A program made the translations under genes and the position numbers. A model generated the notes under the pieces. It was given only the letters and a program-made list of their open reading frames with translations, was not told the origin of the DNA and did no database searches. A DNA stretch of 32,000 nt, taken from NCBI GenBank assembly GCA_963837175.1, contig CAWIMJ010000056.1, positions 34,368 through 66,367 of the forward strand. Reading direction: 5' to 3'. Positions within the stretch are counted from its first letter, which is position 1; every line of letters begins with the position of its first letter. Source of the DNA: an uncultured Nitrososphaeraceae archaeon (lineage in GTDB: Archaea; Thermoproteota; Nitrososphaeria; Nitrososphaerales; Nitrososphaeraceae). This document shows positions 9,722 to 19,581 of the stretch, one piece after another.

Positions 9722-10123
9722 ATGCAAAATTCAAATGACAAGCCCAATGTTGAATCTCTAAAATTGAGGGGAAGAAGAGCTATAGACATCGAACACAAGA
9801 ATAAGTTTAAAGAGGATGAAACAAGGATTAATATTAAAATATCCGATATTTATAGTGTCGACTTAGAAGAAGCAAAGGATATTCACATAAATTATCATTC
9901 AGGAAGAATATTGTTTCTCCTGATGGCCAGAGCAAAAAAGAATGGAATGATCGATTCTATGTTTATTGATAGAGTAAGAAACATGAATATTTATGAATGT
10001 GCTCTTAGTGTGGCGCAGGGAGAATTGATAGAAATGGCTGCAGTTGATTTACTATACAAAGAATTATGTGAACAAGAAAGTAAAGGCACTATACAAGATA
10101 GATATAATAGCTTCTATGGCTGA
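9722..10123 (+). CDS. hypothetical protein (133 aa)
   Basis: Clean ATG ORF with charged, helical-looking composition. No recognisable motif. Confidence 0.4.
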   Translation: MQNSNDKPNVESLKLRGRRAIDIEHKNKFKEDETRINIKISDIYSVDLEEAKDIHINYHSGRILFLLMARAKKNGMIDSMFIDRVRNMNIYECALSVAQGELIEMAAVDLLYKELCEQESKGTIQDRYNSFYG

Positions 10124-10559
10124 CCAATCCTTCTTATTACTCATTGCAAATATCTATAATGGATTAATAAGCTTTTGACTTAATCTCATAAGAAGGAAAA
10201 GGGGCTCGATATATCTACTATATTATCGCTATGTAAAGGTTGCATAATCAAGCAAGCTTACAGAGGCACGACCGCTAAACTGTGTATTACAGACATTTAC
10301 CTTTGCCATAACAATATGCCAGAGGGTTATCTAAATTCGCCACATGATATGATTAGTAATGTCTAGAGACCCCCTAAGAGTGAATTACTTGTAAAAGTGA
10401 ATCATTGCTAGCAATTTGAGATTTATCAATTTTCTTAACTGTAAATGCCTTTTTCAGTTGTAAGCAGAATGAATCATAAGCATTTGGTAGAGATAAGTAA
10501 AGTATAATAAAATTGTGGCAGTCTTGTTCTTCTTGATTGACGAAATAAAGGCGCTAAAT

Positions 10560-11750
10560 TCAACTTAGAGATGAGTGTCCTTGAAGTGCTTTCTTCAATG
10601 TTTGGTTAACTATGGGAAGTATTCGTGGATCATTAAATTCAGGTATTATGTAATCTTCTTTTAAATGAGCATCTGCAACTAGTTCTGCAATTGCCTTTGC
10701 AACTGCTATTAACATATCTTCCCGTATCGTTTTGGCTCTCAGATCCAACAAAGTTCTAAGAATAGAAGGGAATACTAAAGCGTTATTAACCTGATTCGGA
10801 AAATCAGATCTACCTGTAGCGACAATCCTTGCTCCAGACTGTAACGCATCAGATGGAAGTATTTCTGGATCAGGATTACTTAATGCAAAGACTATGGCAT
10901 CAGGATTCATTGATTTCACCATTTCATTATTTAACAAATCTGCCTTTCCAGATACACCTATGAATACGTCTGCTTTTCTAATCACATCAGTAAGAGTCCC
11001 TTGTAATTTTTCGGAATTAGTTTTTCTTGCGATTTCTTGTTTGTACGAGTTATCTAAACTTTCATTTCTTCCTTCATAAATAGCTCCTTTGCTATCTGTC
11101 ACAATAATGTTCCTACAGCCTGCCTCATACAAAATCCTGAATATACCATAGCCTGCTGAACCCGCTCCAGATATCACTATCTTTATTTGTGTTAACTTTT
11201 TTCCTACTAATCTTAAGGCATTTGTCAATGCCGAAAAAGTGATTACCGCTGTTCCGTGTTGATCATCGTGGAAAACCGGTATCGAAAGTTCATTTCTAAG
11301 TCGCTCTATAATTTCCAATACCTTTGGCGATTCGATGTCCTCTATATTTACAGCTCCAAAAACTGGCTCAACTGCTTTAATAAAGCTGATTATTTCTTCC
11401 TTGTCTCTAATCGATATACATAGAGGAAAAGCGTTAATTCCGCCTAATACCTTGAATAAAACGGATTTTCCTTCCATAACAGGTAATGCACTTTCTGGTC
11501 CAATGTTACCCAGCCCAAGTACTCTAGTTCCGTCGCATACAATGGCCACGTTATTCCATTTAGACGTGTACTCATAAACAAGCTCTTTATTTTTACTTAT
11601 TTCATTGGCGATATAAGCTACTCCAGGAGTGTAAATTAAGCCAAGCGTACTTCTTTCTTTAACGGTATTGTCCAGAGCAACTCTAGTTTGTATTTCTATT
11701 TTGCCTTTCACCATACGATGAAGATTGATGGTATCGTCTTTTAAAGTCAA
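10560..11750 (-). CDS. NAD(P)-dependent malic enzyme (oxaloacetate-decarboxylating malate dehydrogenase)
   Basis: LIYTPGVA, DGTRVLGLGNIGPESALPVMEGKSVLFK, FGAVNIEDI, FHDDQHGTA, ISGAGSAGYG and FALSNP are hallmark malic-enzyme blocks. The track start is TTG, so the exact start is uncertain. Confidence 0.9.
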   Translation of the reverse strand: MTLKDDTINLHRMVKGKIEIQTRVALDNTVKERSTLGLIYTPGVAYIANEISKNKELVYEYTSKWNNVAIVCDGTRVLGLGNIGPESALPVMEGKSVLFKVLGGINAFPLCISIRDKEEIISFIKAVEPVFGAVNIEDIESPKVLEIIERLRNELSIPVFHDDQHGTAVITFSALTNALRLVGKKLTQIKIVISGAGSAGYGIFRILYEAGCRNIIVTDSKGAIYEGRNESLDNSYKQEIARKTNSEKLQGTLTDVIRKADVFIGVSGKADLLNNEMVKSMNPDAIVFALSNPDPEILPSDALQSGARIVATGRSDFPNQVNNALVFPSILRTLLDLRAKTIREDMLIAVAKAIAELVADAHLKEDYIIPEFNDPRILPIVNQTLKKALQGHSSLS

Positions 11751-12366
11751 ATGAGTAACTTGTCAAATTCAAATATATAAAACTAGCAAGCACAACAATT
11801 AGAAATTCATATTCTTTACATTTCTTATATATCAATTATATGAAATGTACTATATCGATATTCACAGCAACTCGTGTAGAACATAATGGCTTGTAAATTT
11901 AGTTGGAGTTAATTATCATACCGAGTAATTTTTGCTTTTGTATCCTTATTAGATTTAGATTTTTCATTCTGTCTCTCTTAGATTTGCAGTGAGAGAGATG
12001 ACCGTTGTCAATGTCATGTAGGTGCTATTAGTTGAGAAATTATTGAGAGTATTTTTTTAATTTACTTATGTCTAAAAGTTTATGCTCAGCCTGTGGACTT
12101 CTAATACTTTATTAATATCAATCTAAAGTAATAGCTGTTCTGTATATTTAATAAAATATATCAAGCATGTATACTTCAAATTATCTTTTTTCATTTTTTA
12201 TTCGTCATAACATCAAACTGATTAAGGAAATGTTTTTCACTAAATATTCATCCCATATTTAATATGAATAATTCTAAGCCCCTTTTAATAATACAAAAAT
12301 CTCATAATTTCAAAGACGATAGAATAACCATGAAGTCAGTTGACGTGTACTCTCCAAAAAATCTTA

Positions 12367-12648
12367 TCAGATTACCAATTCTAAAGCAAAGTTTGAGACA
12401 GCTTTTGAATATAATAGCAGGATTGAATGGATTGTTAGTGCTATTCCTAATCCGATTATAGGTACTGATTGAAATATCAAAATTATTCCTATTGTCGGTA
12501 TTGCGATAATACTAGCTAAGATCGTGGAAGCGTAAAAATATGGAAGTAAAACTCCCATTTCCAAGTGGTTATTTGTAATGCCTCTAGCTGCATTAGTATT
12601 CCCATAGATAGGACTGAGAGGTCTATTATATGTTATCTTACATCTCAA
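12367..12648 (-). CDS. possible small membrane protein
   Basis: Two hydrophobic helices in the C-terminal 63 aa (MGVLLPYFYASTILASIIAIPTIGIILIF...IGLGIALTIHSILLL). The start is uncertain and there is no homology evidence. Confidence 0.3.
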   Translation of the reverse strand: MRCKITYNRPLSPIYGNTNAARGITNNHLEMGVLLPYFYASTILASIIAIPTIGIILIFQSVPIIGLGIALTIHSILLLYSKAVSNFALELVI

Positions 12649-12772
12649 TAAAGATGAATGGTAACCTGTTCTTATAACGTTATATGTCCTTTTACCTTGC
12701 GATAAAAATTAATATGAATCTATCTCTCTGTCAACGTACAACTTATATTTTGGTTGTAAAGTCTCTTTTTTT

Positions 12773-13489
12773 ATGGCTAAGGGAGCGAAACGGGGGGGTA
12801 GGGTACGTGATAAATGGAGAGATAAACAGTGGGTCGTAGTTAATGCTCCTGTTGCATTCGGAGGGAATCCTTTGAGCTACGTCCCCATTACAGACGTTGA
12901 TAATTCTAAGGGACGTGTAATTGAAAATACTATGTTTGATATTTTAAAACAAGATCCCACACAGCATCAGACAAAAATCTTTGTCCAGATCGACAATATT
13001 AGAGATGGCAATGCTACTACTATCTTTAAAGGACATGAATATGCAAAAGAATTCTTGAGAAGTCTTATTAGAAGAGGAAGCTCCATGATCAACTATATAC
13101 ACGATTTTAGAACAATAGATGGTTATACTTTCCGCGTATCAACAATTGCATTTAGTCAAAGAAGGTTAAATTCTTCAAAAAAACATGAAATTAGAATGGT
13201 AACACACAGGATACTTTCAGATAAAATACCAAAATTAACTGTTGACCAATTTGTACAGGAAGCTACTATGGGTAAGATGGGAGCCGATCTTCTTGCGGAC
13301 GCAAAGAAAATTGCTTCGCTAAGACACATTGGTATTAAAAAAACAAAGTTAATATCAACACCAGAATCCAGAGCTATTCAAGAAGCAAAGACAATTGGAT
13401 CGACAACAACATCTGGAGACGAGACTAATGAAGAAGAAGAAGACGCTGAGGAACTGGAAAAATTTCAGCCGACAACAGAGCTAAAGTAA
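12773..13489 (+). CDS. rps3ae: 30S ribosomal protein S3Ae (eS1)
   Basis: N-terminus MAKGAKRGGRVRDKWRDKQWVVVNAPVAFGG and overall length fit S3Ae. It has an acidic C-terminal tail (NEEEEDAEELE). Confidence 0.9.
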   Translation: MAKGAKRGGRVRDKWRDKQWVVVNAPVAFGGNPLSYVPITDVDNSKGRVIENTMFDILKQDPTQHQTKIFVQIDNIRDGNATTIFKGHEYAKEFLRSLIRRGSSMINYIHDFRTIDGYTFRVSTIAFSQRRLNSSKKHEIRMVTHRILSDKIPKLTVDQFVQEATMGKMGADLLADAKKIASLRHIGIKKTKLISTPESRAIQEAKTIGSTTTSGDETNEEEEDAEELEKFQPTTELK

Positions 13490-13539
13490 TAACTTTTTAA
13501 TCGCTATTTAAGTGAGTCTTAGGCTATTGGTATTAGTTT

Positions 13540-13989
13540 ATGACTGTAGAAGATAACATCGCATTTTCTACTGCAGAAATTAGTATTATCGTGCATGCTA
13601 CAGAAAATCAAGACAAGATTTTGCAATCTATTAATGATGTACTATCTGTATCGCCTCATAGATTTTCCTCTAATACTTCTGAAGGTCATTGGGGAAACAG
13701 AATTTTAATACTCTCTGCTGTTATATCTGCTACTGAGGCTAACTCTCTTCTATCACAGATTTTATCTATATTAAACAAAATTGACAGGCAATCCCTTTCA
13801 GATTTTTTTGATCGTTATATAGATGAAAAAGGAAACATATACATTCGTTTAGATAAACAGAGAATTTGTCAGGGAAGGGCATCTCTTTCTGATAATGATT
13901 CCATTAGAATTCGATTGCGGCCAGTAAGAAAATATAAACCTACAAGAACATTAGAAAATTATAGGAGGCTTTTGACTTCAAGCGAATAG
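13540..13989 (+). CDS. predicted exosome-associated RNA-binding protein (COG1325/DUF54-like)
   Basis: 149 aa starting ...EISIIVHATENQDKILQSINDVL (the HATE-type motif of this family). Its position directly upstream of RNase P protein genes matches the archaeal exosome/RNase P gene neighbourhood. Confidence 0.5.
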   Translation: MTVEDNIAFSTAEISIIVHATENQDKILQSINDVLSVSPHRFSSNTSEGHWGNRILILSAVISATEANSLLSQILSILNKIDRQSLSDFFDRYIDEKGNIYIRLDKQRICQGRASLSDNDSIRIRLRPVRKYKPTRTLENYRRLLTSSE

Positions 13990-14030
13990 ATCTTTGTATA
14001 AATTTTAAAGATTATAGCAAAATTACCCGT

Positions 14031-14534
14031 ATGGCTCAAATCTCTGAAATTGACTTAGTAGGGATTGATTATCCTGGTCAAGTATTCACAGATAATTTTA
14101 TTTATCGCCTTAACAGAAAACCAGCAGAATTAACCAGTTATCCGTATCTAGTGGTTTGCAAAAGAATTGAAGAGATTTCTACTTCTAACACAGACATTTT
14201 GATGGTTGAAGATTTTAAAAAAATAGAAGCAGTTCTAAAAAAAAGAGTGAAAAAGAAACTCGGGCTAGAGGTTACTGTGTTTCCTGCTCGCAAAAAAGAT
14301 GGATCTACTACTGGAAAATGGTTTAACCAAATACGAAATCTGTACAAATTTTGCAAATTAAACGATTATCAATTTATTCTATCTAGCGGAGCAAATTCAT
14401 CCTTGGAAATGGTTTCAGGTAGATCTTTTGAGTCTATATTAAAGGTTTGTGATATAAAACCTGAGCATTACTGGAGAGATCTCGAGGAGTGGCTAGAAAC
14501 AAAATATCAACGAATGGTGTTTTTGAATGCTTAA
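14031..14534 (+). CDS. rnp3: RNase P protein component 3 (Rpp30-like), short form
   Basis: The C-terminal block FILSSGANSSLEMVSGRSFESILKVCDIKPE resembles the Rpp30 motif (SSgA...R.P.d...l). It overlaps the Pop5 gene by 8 nt. At 167 aa it is shorter than typical Rpp30 proteins. Confidence 0.55.
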   Translation: MAQISEIDLVGIDYPGQVFTDNFIYRLNRKPAELTSYPYLVVCKRIEEISTSNTDILMVEDFKKIEAVLKKRVKKKLGLEVTVFPARKKDGSTTGKWFNQIRNLYKFCKLNDYQFILSSGANSSLEMVSGRSFESILKVCDIKPEHYWRDLEEWLETKYQRMVFLNA

Positions 14535-14859
14535 ACGAAGATCAAAACGTCGATATCTTGCAATATTGCACGGTACTGACTTGGATGATATCAGTAGAGA
14601 TGAGTTTAGTATATTAAACTCGATAACAAACCGAAATTCTGAACTTTTTGGTTATATCACTACTGAATTATCATCTGTCAGGTTGATTCGATCACACCAA
14701 AAAAATATGATTATAATTAGTTGTTGGCTACAATACGTTGATAATATCTTGACAACAATAGCTTTAATTGATCCTCCCCTTGTTACGATTGTTATTTCAG
14801 GTACATTAAAGAGGCTACGAAGACATCTTCAAAAAATAGTTGACACTGCTTATCTATAA
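14527..14859 (+). CDS. rnp2: RNase P protein component 2 (Pop5-like)
   Basis: RSKRRYLAILHG... near the N-terminus, ELFGYITT, and the C-terminal VISGTLKRLRR match the Pop5 pattern (K-R-Y ... SGTIK). Confidence 0.6.
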   Translation: MLKRRSKRRYLAILHGTDLDDISRDEFSILNSITNRNSELFGYITTELSSVRLIRSHQKNMIIISCWLQYVDNILTTIALIDPPLVTIVISGTLKRLRRHLQKIVDTAYL

Positions 14860-15197
14860 ATATATTATTCTTACAATGATAGACGAAGCAGATGGGCAGA
14901 TTCGTAGAGGAATTTTGGGCAACTTATTATTCTTTTCATTCCTTAGGAATGAGATAATTGTGTCCACATCAAAAGTACTTCTGAATCTCCTTATTGTGAT
15001 TGGAGCATTTCTGAAGATGATGTTCTCTCAAATACACTTTTAATAGCGGCTATAATAGTTATTTATGGGGATGAGGTAAGATTTCGCTGCTCCAGACTGA
15101 GTCAAAGCAATGAAGATCTCGCGACGAACCGACCCAAATTATCTCAGAATAACTATCGTCTTAGTGAATTCCTCATTTTAGACAGTATAAGTTAAAT

Positions 15198-16112
15198 GTG
15201 ATATCTTATAGTAAGAATAGTATAGTTAAAATGGAAATTCTATATGATTCTCCTCTGTATAGACCGCCTTCGGAAGCCAACTCTATGATATTTCAGGTTA
15301 CATTAGGTTGCTCATTTAACAAATGTTCCTTTTGTAACATGTATCGTACAAAAGAATATATGGAAAGACCATGGGAAGATATAAAGACAGAAATTGATTC
15401 AGCTGCAAACGCATATCCTAATACTCGAAGGATATTTCTTGCAGATGGTGACGCATTAAATCTATCTACCGATAGGTTGACCCAGATTTTGAAATATTTA
15501 AGGACAAAATTTTCAAATATAGAAAGAATATCGTGCTATGCAATGCCAAAGAATCTGTTGCAGAAGAAGGATGATGAATTAGACAGACTAAGATCTGCTG
15601 GATTAGGAATGTTCTATGTAGGAGTGGAGACTGGAAATGATATTCTTTTAAAGAAGGTAACCAAAGGTGCGACAAGCAAAGGAATTATTTACAGCTGTCA
15701 ACGGGCGAAAAGACATGGCTATATTTTATCATGCATGATAATTCTAGGCATAGGTGGAAAAACTTATACTTATGAGCATACACTCGATACCGCCAGAGTG
15801 ATAAATGAAATTATGCCTAATTATCTCGGAGCACTAACATTACATCTTGAAGAGGGAATTTATAAGGAATTTATGACTAAGTTTAACGAGCCATTTATTC
15901 CATTAGAGGACACCGAGATATTGAATGAACTTGAAAGATTAATATCAAATATTGATGTATCAGCGCCAGTAATATTTAGGGCTAATCATGCCTCGAATAT
16001 TTATTCATTAGGTGGTACTTTTCCTCAAGATAAAGAAAAGCTTCTTTCTTTAGTCGTGGGACTCAAGAACCATCCAGAAATGCTAAAGCCCAAAGTGCTT
16101 AGAAGGTTCTAA
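15198..16112 (+). CDS. radical SAM domain protein
   Basis: 304 aa. LYRPPSEANSMIFQVTLGCSFNKCSFCNMY carries the Cys triad, here spaced C-x4-C-x2-C. Downstream are FLADGDAL and YVGVETGND blocks typical of the radical SAM barrel. Confidence 0.8.
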   Translation: MISYSKNSIVKMEILYDSPLYRPPSEANSMIFQVTLGCSFNKCSFCNMYRTKEYMERPWEDIKTEIDSAANAYPNTRRIFLADGDALNLSTDRLTQILKYLRTKFSNIERISCYAMPKNLLQKKDDELDRLRSAGLGMFYVGVETGNDILLKKVTKGATSKGIIYSCQRAKRHGYILSCMIILGIGGKTYTYEHTLDTARVINEIMPNYLGALTLHLEEGIYKEFMTKFNEPFIPLEDTEILNELERLISNIDVSAPVIFRANHASNIYSLGGTFPQDKEKLLSLVVGLKNHPEMLKPKVLRRF

Positions 16113-16627
16113 CTTTTACTATATCTGAATTTTATATATCTAAATTTTCTTCTAAATAATAGGTCTTTTCTCCGCATTGTTACTCTATTTAATATTGGTG
16201 CATCCGAATTTCCATGAGTCAAAATTCAATTTATAATGCTTTTCTTAATATGGTCAAATAATAATTTCATAAATGCGGTCGTGTGATCAATCTAAATCTA
16301 TCTGTTTTAAGTTCTATCCCTTTTTATCTATTGGATTGTTCTTCTTTAAATAATGCTTTAAAGGCATTTCTAAAGAATGAAAAAGACCTAGAAAGTACAA
16401 GCACAATTACAATCCATAAGCAATATCTTCAAAAGATGTCCTATTTCTTGGTTTAGATATCAAGAGAAAGAAAGAATACAATGTATTTAGCTATAGACTT
16501 TTCCTTAAGTTAACAGAGCTTCGGAGATTAATTTTTCCTAAAGAGGTAACTTAGCTGAAGCGAGCGAGCAACGAGATTAGATTTAACAGGAGTATATTAT
16601 TATTATGATTATTGTTAATTTCAAATT

Positions 16628-17899
16628 TTAAATCTTGATTTTCTTGACATCTCCCATATATTTTCGAAGAATATCTGGAACCTCAACATCTCCATTTGAA
16701 GTTTGGTAATTTTCCATAATACTAACCATTGTTCTCTCAGTTGCTACAAGTGTGCTATTCAGAGTATGAACTAAACTTGTTTCCTCATTTGTCTTGTCTT
16801 TGAATCTTATCCTGAGCCTACGAGCTTGATAATCCGTACAGTTTGAACATGAACCTATCTCTCTGTAAGCTCCTTGTCCTGGCATCCATGCCTCTATATC
16901 GTACGTTTTGGCTGAAATTTTACCCAAGTCTGCTGAACACAGAAGCACTGTCCGATAAGGAATACCAATTTTTTCATAAAACTCTTCAGCTATAGTTAAC
17001 ATCTTATCATGTTCTTCCCATGAATCATCAGGACGGGAGTATACAAATTGTTCCACTTTTTCAAATTGATGCACTCTGAAAATTCCTTTCATATCCTTGC
17101 CATGAGCGCCAGCTTCTTTTCTAAAACAAGTACTAATGCCGGCATATTTTATTGGCAGCAGATTACCATTTAAAATTTCATCCATGTGCATTGACGCTAG
17201 AGCATGCTCAGAAGTTCCAATCAGGTACAAGTCCTCTCCATTAATCTTGTAAATTACTTGTTCAAAATCTTCCAGAATTACGGCCCCTTCCATCGCACCT
17301 CTTCTAATCATATATGGAGGCTGAGCGAGTATGTATCCTTTATCAGATAAAAAATCTACTGCAAAATGAATTAAAGCATAATTCATTCTTACTAATTCTT
17401 TTTTTAAAAAGTAAAATCTCGCCCCTGATATTTTTGCAGCCCTTCCTATATCGACAAGATCTAGAGAAGTTGCAATTTCAACATGATCTTTAGGTCTAAA
17501 TTCAAAATTCTTAATTGTTCCATAATGCTTTATGACGACATTGTCATTTTCATTCTGTCCAATTGGAACAGATTGATGGATGATATTAGGAAGATTCCTA
17601 ATGAGAAGGCTATATCGTGATTCGACTAACCTTTTTTCTTCCTCCAGACTTAAAATCCTATTACCTACAACATTCATCTTCGAAATTTCTTGTGATGCGT
17701 CAGCCTTTTCTTTTTTCTTGGAGGCAATAGAATGCGAAAGAGTGTTTTTATCATGTTTCACCTGCTGCAATTCTACGATTAATTGGCGCCGTCTGCGATC
17801 TAAGGAAATTAAGTCGTTAACTGGGAACTCTACATTCCTTTTCTTTAGCATATCTACTATTATTTCTGGATTCTGTTTCAGTAATTTGGAGTCAATCAC
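16628..17899 (-). CDS. serS: seryl-tRNA synthetase
   Basis: 423 aa. N-terminal coiled-coil arm (MIDSKLLKQNPEIIVDMLKKR...) and class II core (RFYFLK, LIGTSEH, TCFRKEAGAHGKDMKGIFRVHQFEKVEQF, GSCSNCTDYQARRL, HTLNSTLVATERTM). Confidence 0.95.
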   Translation of the reverse strand: MIDSKLLKQNPEIIVDMLKKRNVEFPVNDLISLDRRRRQLIVELQQVKHDKNTLSHSIASKKKEKADASQEISKMNVVGNRILSLEEEKRLVESRYSLLIRNLPNIIHQSVPIGQNENDNVVIKHYGTIKNFEFRPKDHVEIATSLDLVDIGRAAKISGARFYFLKKELVRMNYALIHFAVDFLSDKGYILAQPPYMIRRGAMEGAVILEDFEQVIYKINGEDLYLIGTSEHALASMHMDEILNGNLLPIKYAGISTCFRKEAGAHGKDMKGIFRVHQFEKVEQFVYSRPDDSWEEHDKMLTIAEEFYEKIGIPYRTVLLCSADLGKISAKTYDIEAWMPGQGAYREIGSCSNCTDYQARRLRIRFKDKTNEETSLVHTLNSTLVATERTMVSIMENYQTSNGDVEVPDILRKYMGDVKKIKI

Positions 17900-18158
17900 G
17901 AATTATCACTTTTTTCGCAAGAGAGATATCTTGTAAAACTTCATCTACAGTATTGATCAAGGTTCCGATTTCAGTACTGGATGAAAATTTGATATAAATG
18001 GTAGTATTATCTTTTGAACTCAGATCCATAGATAGGCCTTCTGGAAAGTTGATGTTATCTGGTATTAGTGCCTTGAGAATTGCCTCTGTTTCAGATTGTT
18101 TTGAGAACTTTAATTCAATGATCAGAGTTACTTCAAGAAGCGGCTGTGAATTTGGCAT
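17892..18158 (-). CDS. pcc1: KEOPS complex Pcc1-like subunit
   Basis: 88 aa. EAILKALIPDNINFPEGL ... TTIYIKFSS ... GTLINTVDEVLQDI follows the Pcc1 pattern. It overlaps the upstream DHH gene by 26 nt and serS by 8 nt. Confidence 0.55.
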   Translation of the reverse strand: MPNSQPLLEVTLIIELKFSKQSETEAILKALIPDNINFPEGLSMDLSSKDNTTIYIKFSSSTEIGTLINTVDEVLQDISLAKKVIIRD

Positions 18159-19572
18159 CTTGTATTGCGTTCCTAATTGCAGATAAAAATTCTTCCAGTC
18201 TTATAGATGGAATTCTACATCCTGCTGCCGGTGAATGACCGCCTCCGCTTCCTCCAACCAATTCTGAACAATATCGCATTATCAAACCTAAATTCGACTT
18301 TGATCCACTTCCAAGGGATTTTCTTGCGGAGAATTTATAGGACCCATCCTTAGTTAAGGTTCTCACAAAAACTAACCGACCACCAAGACTTGGTGATCCA
18401 CTTAATAAGGAAGAAACCGCTCCTAGCATGTCTTCAGCTAAAAGTCCCTCTCCATTAATGAAAACTGATTTACCATTGTCAATTAAGCGCCACTTTTCAG
18501 CAAAAATAGAAGATATGTAATTTCTTAAGGTTGTTCTGTATGTCGTAACTATTTTTTCACCTTCATCCAATATTGCATTCCTGTCGCCCATACAAATTCC
18601 GATGCCAATTCCTGCTTTACGAATTCGTCCACATGCATTCAACATTGTCGAGAATTCTCTTGCATCACGGAGTTGGCTTCTTTGATCTTCGTTAATGAGC
18701 GTGTATGTATAGCCTATCAGATTATTAATCACATCGACCTCTTTGTTCCTAGATGAATCGACTACAAATTTGGCTATCGCATCTAAAATAATGCTTTTCT
18801 CATCTTGCGAAATTTCAGAGAGTACGCGCCATCGTCCATTTTTTCTAATTTTTATTCCTGTATTTTTTATGAGTGCATAGCAGGCTTCTGTATTCCACGT
18901 CAAACCTTCAATATATGGAAAAGCTGTATACGCTAGTGTTTCATGGATCGGTCTAGTCTCACGTCCTGTAAGCATAAGATCCAAATCGATATTGATAAGC
19001 TTTAATGATTCGGCAGTCTTTAGAATTTCGGAATTAACGCCAAAAAGTGATTTTTTTTCTCCCTGATCTTGTCTGTCAGCTAGTGCAGAAACAATGGCAA
19101 TTGGAGATAGATTTTTATTTTTTCTATCGAGTGTAGTTGCAACCATATATGCCATACCCCCTGCAGAAATCTCTTTGCCTCCATCTATTCCATATTTCCA
19201 AGCATTCAGGATTTGGTTATTGTCGTCTCTTGATATTTCTTCTTCGGGGATTTGATGGTGATCAACGATTACCCATCTGTTATCAAGCGCTTGGTGAAAT
19301 TCTTTAGCCATCCCGGCGCCGAGATCTGTAATTATATAGAAGTCATGATTTTCAGAGCGCATCTGATGTAGAATACTCAAGGTCATATCTGAAACAGTAC
19401 GAACAGCGCATCTAGCGCCTAGTCTAGCCAACGCGGAAGCTATAATACTTGCTGAAGCTATTCCGTCTGCGTCCAAATGACTAACAATAAGAATTTCCTT
19501 TTCATTTTCAACCATAAATTCAATTTTGTCACAAAAAGACTTCAGAGCCTGAAAGATTTCTTTATTGCTCAT
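18133..19572 (-). CDS. DHH/DHHA1 phosphoesterase, archaeal RecJ/Cdc45-like (GAN-type) nuclease homolog
   Basis: 479 aa. Motifs SHLDADGIASASI (DxD), ITDLG, VIVDHHQ (DHH) and GGGHSPAAG (DHHA1 GGGH) are all intact. Confidence 0.85.
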   Translation of the reverse strand: MSNKEIFQALKSFCDKIEFMVENEKEILIVSHLDADGIASASIIASALARLGARCAVRTVSDMTLSILHQMRSENHDFYIITDLGAGMAKEFHQALDNRWVIVDHHQIPEEEISRDDNNQILNAWKYGIDGGKEISAGGMAYMVATTLDRKNKNLSPIAIVSALADRQDQGEKKSLFGVNSEILKTAESLKLINIDLDLMLTGRETRPIHETLAYTAFPYIEGLTWNTEACYALIKNTGIKIRKNGRWRVLSEISQDEKSIILDAIAKFVVDSSRNKEVDVINNLIGYTYTLINEDQRSQLRDAREFSTMLNACGRIRKAGIGIGICMGDRNAILDEGEKIVTTYRTTLRNYISSIFAEKWRLIDNGKSVFINGEGLLAEDMLGAVSSLLSGSPSLGGRLVFVRTLTKDGSYKFSARKSLGSGSKSNLGLIMRYCSELVGGSGGGHSPAAGCRIPSIRLEEFLSAIRNAIQDAKFTAAS

Positions 19573-19581
19573 AATAATTTC

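Noticed and set aside
10894-11577. Plus-strand ORFs 10894..11079 and 11335..11577
   Set aside because: They are antisense to the malic enzyme gene.
11972-11998. Hairpin CTCTCT-N13-AGAGAG in the spacer upstream of the malic enzyme gene
   Set aside because: A 6-bp stem of simple sequence, with no associated gene end or conserved context; likely fortuitous.
12264-12461. 65-aa plus-strand ORF
   Set aside because: It overlaps the slightly more plausible minus-strand membrane ORF, and nothing supports it. Neither ORF is strong.
14840-15043. 67-aa ORF after the Pop5 gene
   Set aside because: It starts at a non-ATG codon inside the end of the Pop5 gene and has low-complexity hydrophobic sequence with no recognisable signals.
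17580-18186. Plus-strand ORFs 17580..17936 and 17998..18186
   Set aside because: They are antisense to serS, pcc1 and the DHH gene.
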